A stretch of DNA of 64,000 nt, from assembly GCF_009914755.1 (NCBI RefSeq), contig NC_060926.1; one strand, given 5' to 3'. The translations under genes and the position numbers were made by a program. Source of the stretch: the human T2T-CHM13v2.0 reference genome, Homo sapiens. This document shows, one piece after another, positions 63,903 through 64,000 of this stretch (its first letter is position 1; the number at the start of each line of letters is the position of its first letter). Under the pieces are notes generated by a model that made no database searches, had not been told where the DNA came from, and was given only the letters and a program-made list of their open reading frames with translations.

Positions 63903-64000
63903 TATTGGGGGAAATTCAGCCAGATATTGGGCAAAATTCACCCCCGATATTTCACTTAGGTTCTTTTCCATATTCCCTAAGTGTCAGCTGGTCTGAGAAA
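63903..64000 (-). mobile_element. MER11B/C (HERVK11/HML-8 LTR) 3' end, cut by window; sense to SUCLG1 in intron 2
   Basis: reverse of ...CTTAGGGAA...AAGAACCTA..GAAATATCGGGGGTGAATTT...CTGGCTGAATTTCCCCCAATA. Confidence 0.75.

Overview
Primate (very probably human) genomic DNA. The right third holds the 3' part of SUCLG1 (succinate-CoA ligase alpha subunit; human 2p11.2) on the minus strand. Coding exons 3-9 (840 nt: residues 68-346 plus stop) have GT-AG boundaries I checked base by base, include the phospho-His299 MGHAGA motif, and are followed by a ~220-nt 3'UTR with AATAAA. Exons 1-2 lie beyond the right edge. The remaining ~43 kb is repeat-dense intergenic DNA (L1, Alu/FLAM, L2, MIR, MaLR/ERV LTRs, hAT MITEs). 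Nearly all other ORF-track entries are L1/Alu remnants or chance ORFs. I found no evidence of a new biological system. The best second-look items are: an L1PA with both ends but an internal 5'UTR-ORF1 deletion, a nested L1/LTR cluster, an antisense LTR12 with four CCAAT boxes in SUCLG1 intron 5, a strong + strand bias of Alu/L1, an Oct/TAATGARAT-like motif shared by two LTRs, and several small mutational scars. Repeat subfamily names come from recalled consensus sequences, and boundaries without a stated TSD are approximate; confirm with RepeatMasker/Dfam.
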